Positions 11,605 to 24,207 of a stretch of 62,343 bases of DNA are shown in pieces. Positions within the stretch are counted from its first letter, which is position 1, and each line of letters begins with the position of its first letter. The translations under genes were made by a program, and so were the position numbers. This DNA comes from Nemertoderma westbladi (Eukaryota > Animalia > Xenacoelomorpha), in assembly GCA_032718475.1 (NCBI GenBank), contig JAUCBJ010007599.1, forward strand, positions 1-62,343. The letters are read 5' to 3'. Under the pieces are notes generated by a model, which was not told where the DNA came from, did no database searches, and saw only the letters and a program-made list of their open reading frames with translations.

Positions 11605-11994
11605 TTCGAACTCTCCCGATCGCTCACCTATAAGGTGGGGCCTTACCAAGGCACAATATAAGTGAGTGATGTAGTTAGGATGGTCTGTACGGTCCGATAA
11701 TGGCCTATCTCTCTCTGAAATGCTAGGTTATTGCCTAATTTCCTTACTTTTATTTCCTAATTTTGTCAGTTACTTTAATTATGTTCTAGAATATCCTGCC
11801 TACTGTTACCATAATTTGTCTAATTTTTTAATTTTAATATTTATTTTAATCCTACAACTATGCTATCAGTATCTATTAATGGATCATTTATTCTCTTAAT
11901 CCATATTCTGGCCTATTCTATGGGCTGTGCAGTACAGTAGTATGTCTCGTGTGGCCTACACGATCTGTCCTGCTGTACCCACGTGCCCCCCTCT

Positions 11995-12810
11995 CACTAC
12001 TCACTACTAACTCTACTAACTTTCTAACTAATTTTTACTAACTCTTACTGTATACTACATACCCTCCTACCACTAACTCTTACTACTTACGGTACTACAC
12101 ATACCCTCTTACTAACTCTTCTACTAACGGTACTATACGTACCGTCTTACTAACTCTTCTACTAACGGTACTACACGTACCCTCTTACTAACTCTTCTAC
12201 TAATGGTTCTACACGTACCCTCTTACTAACTCTTCTACTAACGGTAGTACATGTACCCTCTTACTAACTGTTCTACTAACGTTACTACACGTACCCTCTT
12301 ACTAACTCTCCTACTAACAGTACTACACGTACCCTCTTACTAACTCTTCTACTAACGGTACTACACGTACCCTCTTACTAACTCTTCTACTAACGGTACT
12401 ACACGTACCCTCTTACTAACTAACTCAACTAACTCTTACTAACGGTACTACATACCCTCTTACTAACTAACTAACTCTTACTAACTGTACTACGTACCCT
12501 CTTACTAACTAACTCCACTAACTAACGGTACTACGTACCCTCTTACTAACTAACTTTACTAACTAATGGTACTACGTACCCTCTTACTAACTAACTTCAC
12601 TAACTAACAGTACTACGTACCCTCTTACTAACTAACTAACTCCACTAACTCTTACTAACGGTACTACGTACCCTCTTACTAACTAACTCCACTAACTAAC
12701 GGTACTACGTACCCTCTTACTAACTAACTTCACTAACTAACGGTACTACGTACCCTCTTACTAACTAACTTCACTAACTAACGGTACTACATACCCTCTT
12801 ACTAACTTCT
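11995..12810 (-). repeat. Tandem array (about 19 units; 38-bp and 41-bp subtypes) with core GAGGGTAC(GT)GTAGTACCGTTAG
   Basis: Repeating ...CTAACGGTACTAC(AC)GTACCCTCTTA on the + strand. Confidence 0.95.
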
Positions 12811-12967
12811 GTCTGCCTACTTACCTACTATGTACCTACTATGTACTATCACTTTCCTTTCTCTTACTCTCTTTCTATTATTAATTTTTATTTTTTATAT
12901 ATTTGTGTGGGAAGGGCGTCTCGCCCTCAATCCCACCCCCTCAGTCCAACACTTGGACGACTAAACT

Positions 12968-13225
12968 CTACGGTGCCCCTTCTAGCAGGCAACATTTGCC
13001 TACAGCCCTCCTGTAGGTTTTCCTGTCTTTCGCTCCTATCTTACTTATCGATATACTATACTATACTATACTTATCGCACTTCCACCGATCGGACTCTTC
13101 CGTCCTCGTCGGAGTAAGTGTCCACTACTCTTGCTAGTCTCCATTGATTGTTGATAATGGTGTCGTATGTGATGATCACCAAATCACCCTTCTTTAACTC
13201 CTCTCTTAACTCTTCTCTTCCCTCA
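12968..13225 (-). pseudogene. BEL/Pao integrase C-terminal remnant
   Basis: Reads ELKKGDLVII..NNQWRLARVVDTYSDEDGRVRSVEVR..CCLLEGAP, interrupted by a (TATAG)n insertion. Confidence 0.85.
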
Positions 13226-14659
13226 TTTATTTTGTACTCATACATTTTATACCTAAACGGGTGGCCCTTCTAAATTGATTTAGATACTGTTCAGTTATGC
13301 GCATGCGCCAGGCCCATTCCATGTAGGTGATAAGAAGGGCGCTGTGATTGGCCATTTATCTGTTTGCTGGACGAATAAGAAAGCTAGTAGCTACTCATAT
13401 CCAAGTAAAAACCGGTTTACTGAATTTTATGCAATGTCAACGAGAACTTACTGGAACCGGTAAAAACCAGTTTTGTTATTATATGGTTGCAAAACAGACC
13501 TATATTCTTATTACTCTTCAAGATTTTATATTGAATTTTGTTTCAGATTATTGTATTGAATTTATCTTATATCCAAGTTCTGATTTTGTACCGTTAAATG
13601 TATTCGTACCTATAGATATTTATTAACCCAATTATTTTGTTTGTGTTGGTAATTTTGCAAATCAGTATGCGATAAAGACATCCAGCGATCGGTTCGGAAT
13701 TAAAACCCCATTGTTTTAACATGAGAGGCGCATTCTCCATCTAATATAATTATGGAGTGAGGAGGTCGAGCCGTACCGGCCGACTGCAGGAGCCCAAAAT
13801 GGATGGATGATGTTACACAACACGAGTGAAACATAAGGGCAGTAAGTTGGACTGGGCAAGCCACAAGGGGAGGGGGGTCTCATTAGGTTGATGTACACAA
13901 TTCCATTAGGTTAACTGGTGCTTTAACTATTTCCTGTACTTGGGTTTGGGCCAAATTGAACCGGGCTACCCCATCATAATAACCACAGGCAGCACGGAAG
14001 TGCAAAGGGGGGAGAGTGTTGATATATATTTGGTATCAGCGCTCATCGTTTTGGCTTAGGTTTGGGTCTCATTGGGATACTAATATTCATTTCACTTCAT
14101 CTTAAATATTTTGACCTTTTGTTTGGGGTGAGTAAGCTTATATACCAAGTTTCAGCTACAGCATTATTCACAGTCCAGAAATAAATGTATTTGGGGTATT
14201 TAGATAGTTAATCATCTCTCACAATCATTAGTTTGACACTCTTACAGTTACTTTACAGAGTAGAAGTGAAAATTAGTTAAACTGTATTTGAAAAGTTAAC
14301 TGTATTTTTGCAGTTTGCCTCTCAAACTGCAAAAATAACACATAAGGGCGAATAACACCAGATTTCAGAAAGTTAACCTATTTTGATGCGGTTTTTTGCA
14401 TTAAATTCGTAAACCGCATCATATATTGGTTCTGAAAATTGATATGAGAATCAATAATTCAAGTTTTTCAAAATTGGCACTGCGGTTGACATTTGCATGG
14501 AATGAGCCATTACTCCAATATAAAAGGTTTATACAGTATAAAGGGTTTGCTTTCAGAAACTGGGGAATACCAGGAATACCTACTTAAACTGGAAAAATCA
14601 AACATGTTTAAGAAAGGAAGATATGTTGATATTCTACTATTATTATTTTTTTCTATCAA

Positions 14660-15652
14660 TTTTCTTATAATTCATGGCGACCAATACTGCGTATTTAAAG
14701 CATTCTTCCAGCGGGCAGTCTACACTTACGGTACATTGTTTATTTAATACTATTTTAGATTTATTAAAACCTTGACCCTTCATATAGGGGTTGCATTGGG
14801 AGCATGCAATCTCAATAGTTATTCACTCGATAGCTATTCCTATTATGCGCCAACCCGAGCCGAGGCAGAGAAACACACTTAATAGCTGATCGATACGATT
14901 GACGGTGCCAGAAAACCAGTTATTAAAGTCGCTATTATTTAGAATTTGGTTATTGTTACCGCTAGATTTAAAACAGAATGATTCAATTTGAAAACCCTCG
15001 CTGGTTTCGCGTTCCATAATGATGTTAATTGTAAGCCAGACTCTTAAAAAAGTTCCCAAAGCACTATGTAAATGGTCACTAACAACACGTTCTTGGATAT
15101 GATGAAAATTTTCGTTTAAAGTTAGTTCAACGTCGAGTTTTGTTTCAGAGAGATCATTGTTATAAGTAAACAGTCGTCCATGTGCGCTTCCATTGGTGGG
15201 AGGTTGAAAGGGATTGTTTGGGGAAATAGAGTTATAATCTCGCGAAGTTCATGGTTCATTATTGGGCTGCCGCCACCTTCTTGTTCTGAAGTAGAGTTGA
15301 TGGGAGTTAGCTGGAGTATTGCGTTTCCGCGATAAAAGACGAGTGTTGACTGGGAATTAGCTGGAGTATTGCGTTTCCGCGATAAAAGACGAGTGTAGCA
15401 TTTGTGGTTTGAAATGAACGATAGGGTGAGCGATTCCCCGCAGCATCAATCGGCTGGCTCATTTACGTAAGTAAATCCGGTGCCCCCATAGTAACATGAA
15501 GCCAGATGACCAATCATCGTCTTCTTTTCGGAGGACCAAGTTTGGCAACAGTCGCATCTGTATTGCGCGAAATGTATTTTAATATGGGATTTTCGATTAT
15601 CACTCCGCATCTCTTTGTCACAGATGGGGCAGCTGACTTTATTAGTAGACAC
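14660..15652 (-). pseudogene. Decayed N-terminal part of a Maverick/adintovirus-like polB-associated protein with Zn fingers
   Basis: CPIC..H..H and CDCC..H..C fingers, SAHGRL, F..GSGWRI, NPY.G.G, ECFKYAVLVA in the order typical of these endogenous viral proteins. Confidence 0.6.
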
Positions 15653-18046
15653 ATAGGCATCTTGAATCTAGAAAAATAAATTGTTTATTGGTAAAAATAA
15701 AAAATATACTATATACCTGTTAAAAATAATGTAAAACAGTAGGTATTAATCGGTTACTAGGCAACAATACTGTGTTTGTACAGTTAGGCCTATTGCTGTA
15801 TTGTATCAATCTGCCAGTAGTTGCCTCCGCGCCCATGAAACATAAAGCAGACAGTCGGCAGTGTCTAGTGCAGTAGTGCTAGTGTACCAGCTGTCAGATA
15901 GTGGCAATAACCAAGACATAATAGTGATCAGTGATGGCAGTTATTATTCGTGGAAAGAGGGTCTATAAACATCAGTCAACAGTCAGACAGTGTCTAGTGC
16001 AATAGTGCTAGTGATATAGTCTGCCAGACTGCCAGAAGTCAGACGTAGCGTTAACCATTACAAATCAGCGGTAGGCCAAGCTAATCGCTGTGCGAGATCT
16101 CGGTTAGTCAGTATGATATATAGTGAAAACTGCAGTAATCATTGTTGTTCAGTAGGGTCTATATCGTTACTATGGTGTTAGGCTAAACTCGATTGATTAG
16201 GTAGTCAGGTAGACAAGCAGATAGGCAGATATAAGCCTATTGCAGTATCGATTTGGACTAATAGGTATATTTAGGTCTACTGCAATACTGTTGTACCGGT
16301 AGACATTAAATGTAAATTGTTTGCTACTGGCATCAGTAATACAGTCAGATGGTGGAAGGCACATTTTACTTATGGTGGCAGTTAATATTCACGGAAAGAT
16401 GAAGTTTGTATGTTCGTTGTTGACGCGGAAGTTGGTTGACGAGGATGACGAGAGAGTTTATTTACCGATAGAACGGGATGATATCGGAAATTAAGTTGGA
16501 AAAATATTACCTGGCGGATTCGCGGAAGTTCATTGTCGATGATGAACGATAACGCGGCGAAATGACAATAATACAAGTCGACAAGAGGATTGTTGATTGA
16601 TGATAATAAATAAATACTCTTAATAAAGAATAATAAACTCGAAAACAAAATAGTGATAAATGATGCTAGTTGTAACTTGCAAATGATGACGCCATTTAAA
16701 TAATGATGCAATATCTTGATGAGAGGCTTATAAAATAGCAATTCGGATGCTGAGGGAGGCCGTTGTCTTTTAAATGAGCCAATCAGGGTGCAGCAGCAAT
16801 CGGCTGGTTCGCTAATTGTATGTTCATGCATAAGCGGTAACCAGGGCGATGCCATGTTAATTCTATATTAGAAAAGTTCTGTATACCCCTATGACTAATT
16901 AAGTTGAGTTGAGTGTATAACAAAATAGGACTGTGGCAGAGGAATGGGATTAGTAGAGAGGAATACGTGTTTAGAGGCGCTTCATTGTTATGATATGGGA
17001 TGCCTGGATTGGATACAGCAAAGGGATCAAAGCGATGCTAGCTATAGTATCGTCATAGGAGGGCAGGTTGGAACATTAGCCTCGTGCTATATACGGATTT
17101 GATGTAGTCAAGGCTGCGCTGGGATTATTAGTTAGTCATCAAAGGGGTCGCTAACAGGGGGACCGCTGATTTATTTGCCTTGGGGGTATACGTGTAGATT
17201 CAATGCAATAGAGACCGCGTCGTATCTACTTAATGAATAACGACGAAAGAGGAGGAGGGCCACTGTTGAGTGTAGTTGATAGTTGACACACTGAAATGTG
17301 GCATGTGGGATGCGATAGAGTAATTAGAGCTAAATATAGATATTATGTCATAGTGATCTCATTTACTAGCGGTAAGTAATATAAAAACTAATTAATATTA
17401 AAATAGAAATCAATGTATAAAGTAAAAGTAATACAGTTATTTAATTTAAAATAAAGTACAAATAAATAATTAATTTAAAATTAAATACAAATAAATAAAG
17501 TAAAAATAAATGCAATTAAATAAATTAAAATGAAATACAAATAAATAAGAATTAATAAATAAAAGAGCTGCGGTGTCACTTATGACACCCTCTTGGTCCT
17601 CTAGGCGAAAATTAACGAACAGATATGGCAAATGCAAATCAAACATTAAATGTCAATCATTATCTAATACATAAACCTTTCACATCATAAACTCTCATTT
17701 TTTTACAGGATGGTAACAGTGCTCATATGATTGTTAGAGTTGGTAACGATGACTATAAGGTTGTTAGAGTTCGTAATGGTGCTGACAATGTTGTTTGAGT
17801 TGGTAATGGTGCTGGTTATCTGTCATCTGACCTGTCATGTAGAATAGCATCTTAGGAATAGCATCCAAATTTTAGCCAAAACTAAACAATTTTGAAACGC
17901 TGAGAGTGATAAATCGAAGAGTTGACCGAAAATGGTTTACCCCCCCCCCCCCCCGTCCTTAATTGGATTTATTTCTTTATAAACGGTACATACACATTTC
18001 ACTATATAAATCCATTAAATGTATCTGACCCATTTGGCCAGTGTAT

Positions 18047-18598
18047 AACTAATTTCAGTACCCGATTACTAATTTCAGTCCCCGGTTACTAATTTTAGTA
18101 CCCAGTTACTAATTTTAGTACCCGGTTACTAATTTCAGTACCCGGTTTCTAATTTCAGTCCCTGGTTACTAATTTTAGTACCAGGTTACTAATTTTACTA
18201 CCCGGTTACTAATTTCAGTACCTGGTAAGTTACTATTTTTAGTCCCCGGTAACTAATTTAAGTACCCAGTTACTAATTTTAGTACCTAGTTACTAATTTT
18301 AGTACCTATAGTTACAAATTTTAGTAACAAGTTACTATTTTCAGTTCACGATTACCAATTTTAGTAACAAGTTACTAATTTCAGTTCACGATTACCAATT
18401 TTAGAATCCAGTTACTAATTTCAGTGCCCTGTTACTAATTTCAGTACCCGGTTACTAATTTTAGTACCCGGTTACTAATTTAAGTCCCTCGTTACAAATT
18501 TTAGTACCCAGTTACCAATTTCAGTCCCCGGTTACAAATTTTAGTACCCATTTACTAATTTTAGTACCCAGTTACTAATTTCAGTCCCTGTTACTAAT
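18047..18598. repeat. 20-bp minisatellite (GTACCCGGTTACTAATTTYA)n, about 27 copies
   Basis: Direct reading. Confidence 0.95.
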
Positions 18599-18704
18599 TC
18601 CGGCACTGCATATGTATATATCCGGCATAGTCATCTGCCAGCTTCAGAGATATACAAGATGGTAAGACCTGTAGATTAGTATTACTACTACTAGTTGCTT
18701 CAAC

Positions 18705-20110
18705 TTATTTTGCGGGACTCTCTATGGCCATATCAAGATCGTTAACATATATCAAGAATAGCAGGATAGACAGCAATCCTCCATGCGGGACTCCTCTCTT
18801 TATCAAGGCTCTGATTGAAGAATGTGTACCATTGACATATACGATTTGGCTGCGTTCACTTAGGTACGATTTAAACCATCCAACAGTGGCTGTAGAAAAT
18901 CCAATTGCTCGGAGTTTGAATAAGAGCAGATCGTGATCGACAGTGTCAAATGCCTTGCGCAGATCTATAAATACAACGCCAGTCATTTTTCCCCCCATCT
19001 GCAGATTCTTTGACATAATTATTTAGATACATCAGACAAGTTTCAACTGAGAATCCTTTTCTGAATCCGGATTGCAAAGGGTCCAATATGTTGTAGAGTA
19101 CTAATAATGAAATATCTGATCAAAACTTGGCTGATCGAAGACTTTCGATAGAATAGAAAGGACAGATACCGGCCTGTAGTTGCTCCGTTCTAACCTCACT
19201 TCTTTCTTATAAGCAGGTGCGACTTTTTTAAAATTAGACGGATAGGTGGAGGTTGCTATCGATCGGTTAATTAGATGAGTTAGTGGTTCAGCAATTTCAT
19301 CGGCAATATCCCTAATAAATAATGGAGTTAGTTCATCAATGCCTGCACTTTTATCTGCCTTTATGTTCTTCAACACTTTTAGGACAGTCTCCACTTCCAC
19401 CATCTCCAGGCAAAAGTTATTATTATGGAAACCTTTATCTCTGTAGTACCTTGCAGTTGCGGTAGTATTGTACTCCCCTTTAGCAGGGGGGAGTTTGTTC
19501 ACAAGATTATCGGCAATGGTAGTAAAGAACTCATTGAATTTTTCAGCAATTTGACGACTGTCAGTAACCAAATCGTTGCATATTCTTAGAGATTTGATTG
19601 TATTGGAGTCTGTCCGTTTCATTGGTGCACCAAGCAACTTTAGCTCTTTCCACAATTTTTTAGAATTATTTCTATATGTTGATAGTTTATCCTTAACATA
19701 TGCAGCTTTGGCCATCTTAATCACATTTTTATTGAGATTGAGAAGGTCTTTGTAATGCTGTTCATTAGCAGTGGTACGGTTCTTATGAAAGTGTTTTAGG
19801 GCATTATTTTTCTCAGATATAGAATGAAGTATATTAGAATTAATCCATTGTTGAGATCCAGCACGAATTCTAACTGAGCGTTTTGGGGCAGCTTCATCTA
19901 ATATCTGGTAGAGTTCCTTTGTTAATTCGGTAGATATAAGATCCACTATAGTTTCAAGTAATAACGATTTGATTCGGCGATTAACATTAACTTTAGATGC
20001 TACCATTTCTTTGGAGTAGGACTTAAAAAGCGTAATGTATGGCAGGATTTCTTTGCCTTAGGTCGTTTTCTTGTCACGTACACCATGCCATGATCACTGA
20101 GACCCAGGCC
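18705..20110 (-). mobile_element. CR1/L2-group LINE ORF2 fragment (APE end, linker, RT), frameshifted
   Basis: GLSDH; KSAGID; NYRPVSVL; QSGFR; FIDLRKAFDTVDH; GVPHG..LFLIYVNDL. Confidence 0.88.
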
Positions 20111-21519
20111 TATGTATATATAATGTAGGTGGGTGATTTTGGTTAATTTTTTTAATTTTTCTTATGTTTACTTTTGTTTAACTTTTTCTTATTTTTTAAC
20201 TTTTCCTATGTCCTGCAATCAAATTAGGCCTGGTTGCTACGGCCTGGCCTTTCTAGTCTATATTGTGTCTTACTGATGCTATTGAACGTTTAATATCACA
20301 AGGGAGTGATATTCTACCTGCGGCTGAAAAAACACTATTATCCACACAGTCAAATAAATCCGAACAATTGGAAACCATTCCATTGCAAAAGTATGGCATC
20401 TCCTTGGAAACTCTGTGAAACCTTAGACAGAATCCAGACGCAGAATCAAGAGGAAAATTTTTCTTATGGGTTTTGGAACTTGTTTTCACCCGTGCAGAAT
20501 TGTCTGCTAATGTATTGATTTGGTATTGATTAGGCCAACTGTCTGAGGCCTGTCAGCCTGAGGCACTGTGGGGCATCTTACCACTGTACCTTACCGGTCA
20601 GCCAGTTCTGCTGTATGCGGTATGCTGTAGGCCTATCGATCCAGACTGCCGGACAGCCGGTACCTCAGTTCATTGTAGTGTAGTGTAGATACACTTTCTT
20701 CTTACTTCTTCTTGTTCTTGGTAAGGCTAGCGGTACCAGTACTCTGGTACTGGATACTGATATACTACCGGCAGACCAGTATCTAGCCTACCTGTCTACA
20801 TGACGCCTGCAGCGTATCATAGATATATAGATCTGTATTAAAACCAGATTATAGTATAGCAATAATAGTGAGACATCTGGCTATGGCTACCTCTAATAGT
20901 GGTACAGTTAGTTCCGAAGTTCCGGGTTCTCAAACTTCAGCAACTGTTGATACTTTGGTAATACACGTTGAAAAGATTCAAACATATGAAATACCGGTAC
21001 TTCCTCCACTTCCACTATCGACGGTTCGCTATCCATCCTATCTCGACACCTCTAGTTGCTCGTAGCAACAAGGTATAACAAGCTACTGCTTGTGACAGAG
21101 GCAAGGTATGAGGAGCATGCAACTTCTCTACAAGTGCCTATACTCCCAGCATCACAATGGCCACCAAACCAACTGGGAAATCGGACCCCACATAGACTCA
21201 CTGAACACATAATCTGGGACTGGCATCATTACCCAGGAATTGTAAAACCTAAGTTGCAGTAAGCGACAGCACTTATGGAAGCAATATGGCCTCCCAAAGG
21301 GGAGGTGCTAAGACGAACTGACTTTGTGAGCCAGGAGTGATAAAACGCAGATGTGATCTATAAAAACTCAAATACGTATAAAGCCTTGTCGCTGCAAGGT
21401 CTGCACGTACCGTATGTATGCACTGCATATCTCGAATACAGAAGCAAAGTCTTAAGTAGCATGCATGCATATATTGTTCGGAAGAAAGCCACGGAAGAAA
21501 TGCCACCAGCAGCCAAGCT

Positions 21520-21770
21520 GAAAACTTTCAAAGATTCCGAACTTAGTAAATAGAGTTTTGTAAATAGAAATAGAGTAAATAGTAAATAGAGTATTGTAAA
21601 TAGAAATAGAGTAAATTGAATTGTTGAATTGAATTTAAATGTTTTGAATTGAAAACTTTCAAAGATTCCGAACTTAGTAAATAGAGTTTTGTAAATAGAA
21701 ATAGATTAAATAGTAAATAGAGTATTGTAAATAGAAATAGAGTCAATTGAATTGTTGAATTGAATTGAAA
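21520..21770. repeat. 131-bp tandem duplication, AT-rich
   Basis: GAAAACTTTCAAAGATTCCGAAC at 21520 and 21651. Confidence 0.85.
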
Positions 21771-22004
21771 TGTTGTTAAATCGAATACTGACATTCAACA
21801 TCTAAAAAGAGGTTCTTGTATATTTACTACGAACCGTTTTTTATTAGTGGGATTGTTTTCAATTATTCCTGATGGTTTAAAATTACGTCTAAAATTACAT
21901 GGACATATACTTGTCCAAAATGCTTTTCATCTTTGTGACCAGCAGACAGTTCCTCCTCAATCTTGCTTGTAAATTACTGAACCACCTAAGCATTGAATTC
22001 ACAT

Positions 22005-22140
22005 CTCCTGTAGGTCGTGGGTTTGATCCTCACATGGGCCAGGGCAGTTTTCGTTTCGGCACGAATGCTTTAAAGGGACCAGCCAGGGCGCATCTCTGCC
22101 ATGCATCCTTAAGTGGTAGCTAAATGAGTACTGGAGTAAT
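22005..22140 (+). mobile_element. tRNA-derived SINE fragment (same family as 57310-57550)
   Basis: B-box-like GGTTTGATCC; shared GTTTCGGCAC..GCTTTAAA and CATCCTT.AGTGGT..TAAATG blocks. Confidence 0.6.
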
Positions 22141-22176
22141 GAGGTCCGAGTAGTATTTGACGACTCCGCCCTCTAC

Positions 22177-24207
22177 ATGGGCCAATCCCTTAACTCCGAG
22201 TTGTTGCCGGGACCCAACTTACTCCAATCCTTGTTGGGAATACTCTTAAGATTACGACAATATTCGATCGCTTTTGCCTCGGATATAGAAGGCATGTTCT
22301 TACAAGTTAAGGCGCTGGATAGGGATCGAGACAGCCTACGATTTCCGTGGTGGCCTGAAGGAGACCTCAACCAGAAACCGGTGGAGTACTGGATGACCAT
22401 CCAGGCTTTTGGGATCATCTCGAGCCCCTCAAACGCCTGCTCAGTAGTGCGTACCACTGCTGATGACAACCGGGACGCCTTCTCTAAAGAGGTTATTGAC
22501 AACATCAAACGGGATATATATATGGACGACAATTTAAAGTCCCTCCCATCGGTGGAAGAAGCCATTGATGTCGCCAAAGGAACGGTAGAGTGCTTAAAAA
22601 GAGGTGGATTTCGATTAACTAAATTCACCAGCAACTCCCGTGAGTTTCTGGAATCGATCCCGGTAAAAGACCGAGGAGTTAAAGATCTAGACCTAATCAA
22701 GGACGATCTTCCAGAAACCAAGACGCTTGGTTTGAAATGGGACACAGAGAGAGATATCCTGTTTTTCCAGCTAAAGCAGCGAGATAATCCAGTTCGGACT
22801 AAACGGATTTGTCTAAGTATCCTGAGCACTTATTTCGATCCATTGGGATTTATTAGCCCAGTTATATTGATTGCTCGGAGTTTAGTACAACAAATGTGGC
22901 TTGAAAACCACTCGTGGGACGATCCACTTAAGGGAGAACTATTAAAGAAGTGGATGAAATGGGAAGATTCTCTACCATCCATCGATAATTTTACGATTTC
23001 CCGTTCTTATTTTGGTCATGTTCTCCCCACGTATTCCTATCAACTCCATGTATTTGGAGACGCCAGCGATATGGGAATAGGTATAGTAGCCTACCTGAGG
23101 ATTGAAACTCCGGATGGAATTAAGGTCGCCTTGGTTACCTCTAAGGCCTTGATAAACAACAAGTTGAAAGTTACTCGAGCGGAGTTAAAAGCGGCTCTAT
23201 ACGCTACAGCCATCGGCCGGAATGTAACAGAACAGATCGACTATCCACTGGAGAAAACTGTCTATTGGACCGATGCTTTACTCGTGTTGGAGTATATAAC
23301 CAATGAAGTTTGTCAGTTCAGTGTCTTCGTTACCAACAGAGTAGCCATTATACTTAGTCGTACGAAGATAGATCAATGGAGACATTGCCCCGGGACGATT
23401 AATCCAGCCGACATCGCCTCCAGAGGAGCCACTCCACAGGAACTGATAGATACTCCAGACTGGTTAGGTGGACCCGACTTCCTAAGCAAGGAAGAGGATG
23501 AATGGCCTCCTCATCTTACCACGGCTGAGATTAGACAAGCCAAGGGAGCGGAGAAAGTCAAACCTAAAACCCGGGCGAGTAAATCGAAGTTATTTAAACC
23601 CGCGATAGATCTGTCTGTACTACACGTTTCGGGAGACGATGCTTTGGATCCACAATCCCCCGCCACAAATAAGTATGTTGTGGAAATCAGAGAGAGAGAT
23701 TGGAAATCTGGAACGCCAGACGTCTCGCAGGGACTCTCACCACTCCTACAGAGAGCGATACATCACTATAGCTCCTGGAATCGGCTTTGTAAGGCCGTTG
23801 CTTATTTAAAGCGATGTTTTCATCATCACTACTCCAGGATGAAGATCGCTAGTGATACCGCTCCACCGACATCTGCGCACGTCCATGTTGTTAAAGATCT
23901 TCCCAAATACAAGATATCAGAAAGATTTCTGAAAGAGAAAATCAGTTACCAGGAGCATGAAGAAACCAATAAGCAGATACTGAGACTCCTGCAATGCTAT
24001 GATGATTCCGATAAGTATTTCCTGTTGTTGAGAAATCCACAGATGCGCTTAAGGGATCGCTTCTCTAGCACAATGATAGATGGGTTGATACGCGTTGGAG
24101 GAAGACTAACTAATGCTCCATTATCCTTTGATAATTATCTTATCCTTATCCTTGCTCCTATTCGTTTCCCATACTCATTAGAAATCTTGAAATACAAATC
24201 AAGATGA
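22177..24207 (+). CDS. BEL/Pao pol: reverse transcriptase and RNase H
   Basis: DIEGMFLQV, YMDD, KTLGLKW, FDPLG, LHVFGDAS, RAEL, YWTD, NPADIASRG, IRVGGRL. Confidence 0.93.
   Translation: MGQSLNSELLPGPNLLQSLLGILLRLRQYSIAFASDIEGMFLQVKALDRDRDSLRFPWWPEGDLNQKPVEYWMTIQAFGIISSPSNACSVVRTTADDNRDAFSKEVIDNIKRDIYMDDNLKSLPSVEEAIDVAKGTVECLKRGGFRLTKFTSNSREFLESIPVKDRGVKDLDLIKDDLPETKTLGLKWDTERDILFFQLKQRDNPVRTKRICLSILSTYFDPLGFISPVILIARSLVQQMWLENHSWDDPLKGELLKKWMKWEDSLPSIDNFTISRSYFGHVLPTYSYQLHVFGDASDMGIGIVAYLRIETPDGIKVALVTSKALINNKLKVTRAELKAALYATAIGRNVTEQIDYPLEKTVYWTDALLVLEYITNEVCQFSVFVTNRVAIILSRTKIDQWRHCPGTINPADIASRGATPQELIDTPDWLGGPDFLSKEEDEWPPHLTTAEIRQAKGAEKVKPKTRASKSKLFKPAIDLSVLHVSGDDALDPQSPATNKYVVEIRERDWKSGTPDVSQGLSPLLQRAIHHYSSWNRLCKAVAYLKRCFHHHYSRMKIASDTAPPTSAHVHVVKDLPKYKISERFLKEKISYQEHEETNKQILRLLQCYDDSDKYFLLLRNPQMRLRDRFSSTMIDGLIRVGGRLTNAPLSFDNYLILILAPIRFPYSLEILKYKSR

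Larger units (their letters stand above)
7766..13225 (-). mobile_element. BEL/Pao LTR retrotransposon family A, copy 1 (3' part: integrase tail, repeat array, ORF3, structured UTR, 3' LTR)
   Basis: Integrase tail homologous to 60930-61220; colinear with 60930-62343 and 31840-33127 in inverted orientation; ends GATCCCGTCACA like copy 2. Confidence 0.85.

Noticed and set aside
11995-12810. CRISPR-like array (palindromic repeat plus spacers)
   Set aside because: Spacers are near-identical low-complexity sequence, there are no cas genes, and the context is a eukaryotic retrotransposon
21040-21520. CMHC/CIYC..H motifs suggesting another knuckle protein
   Set aside because: Many stops and incomplete motifs; cannot be supported
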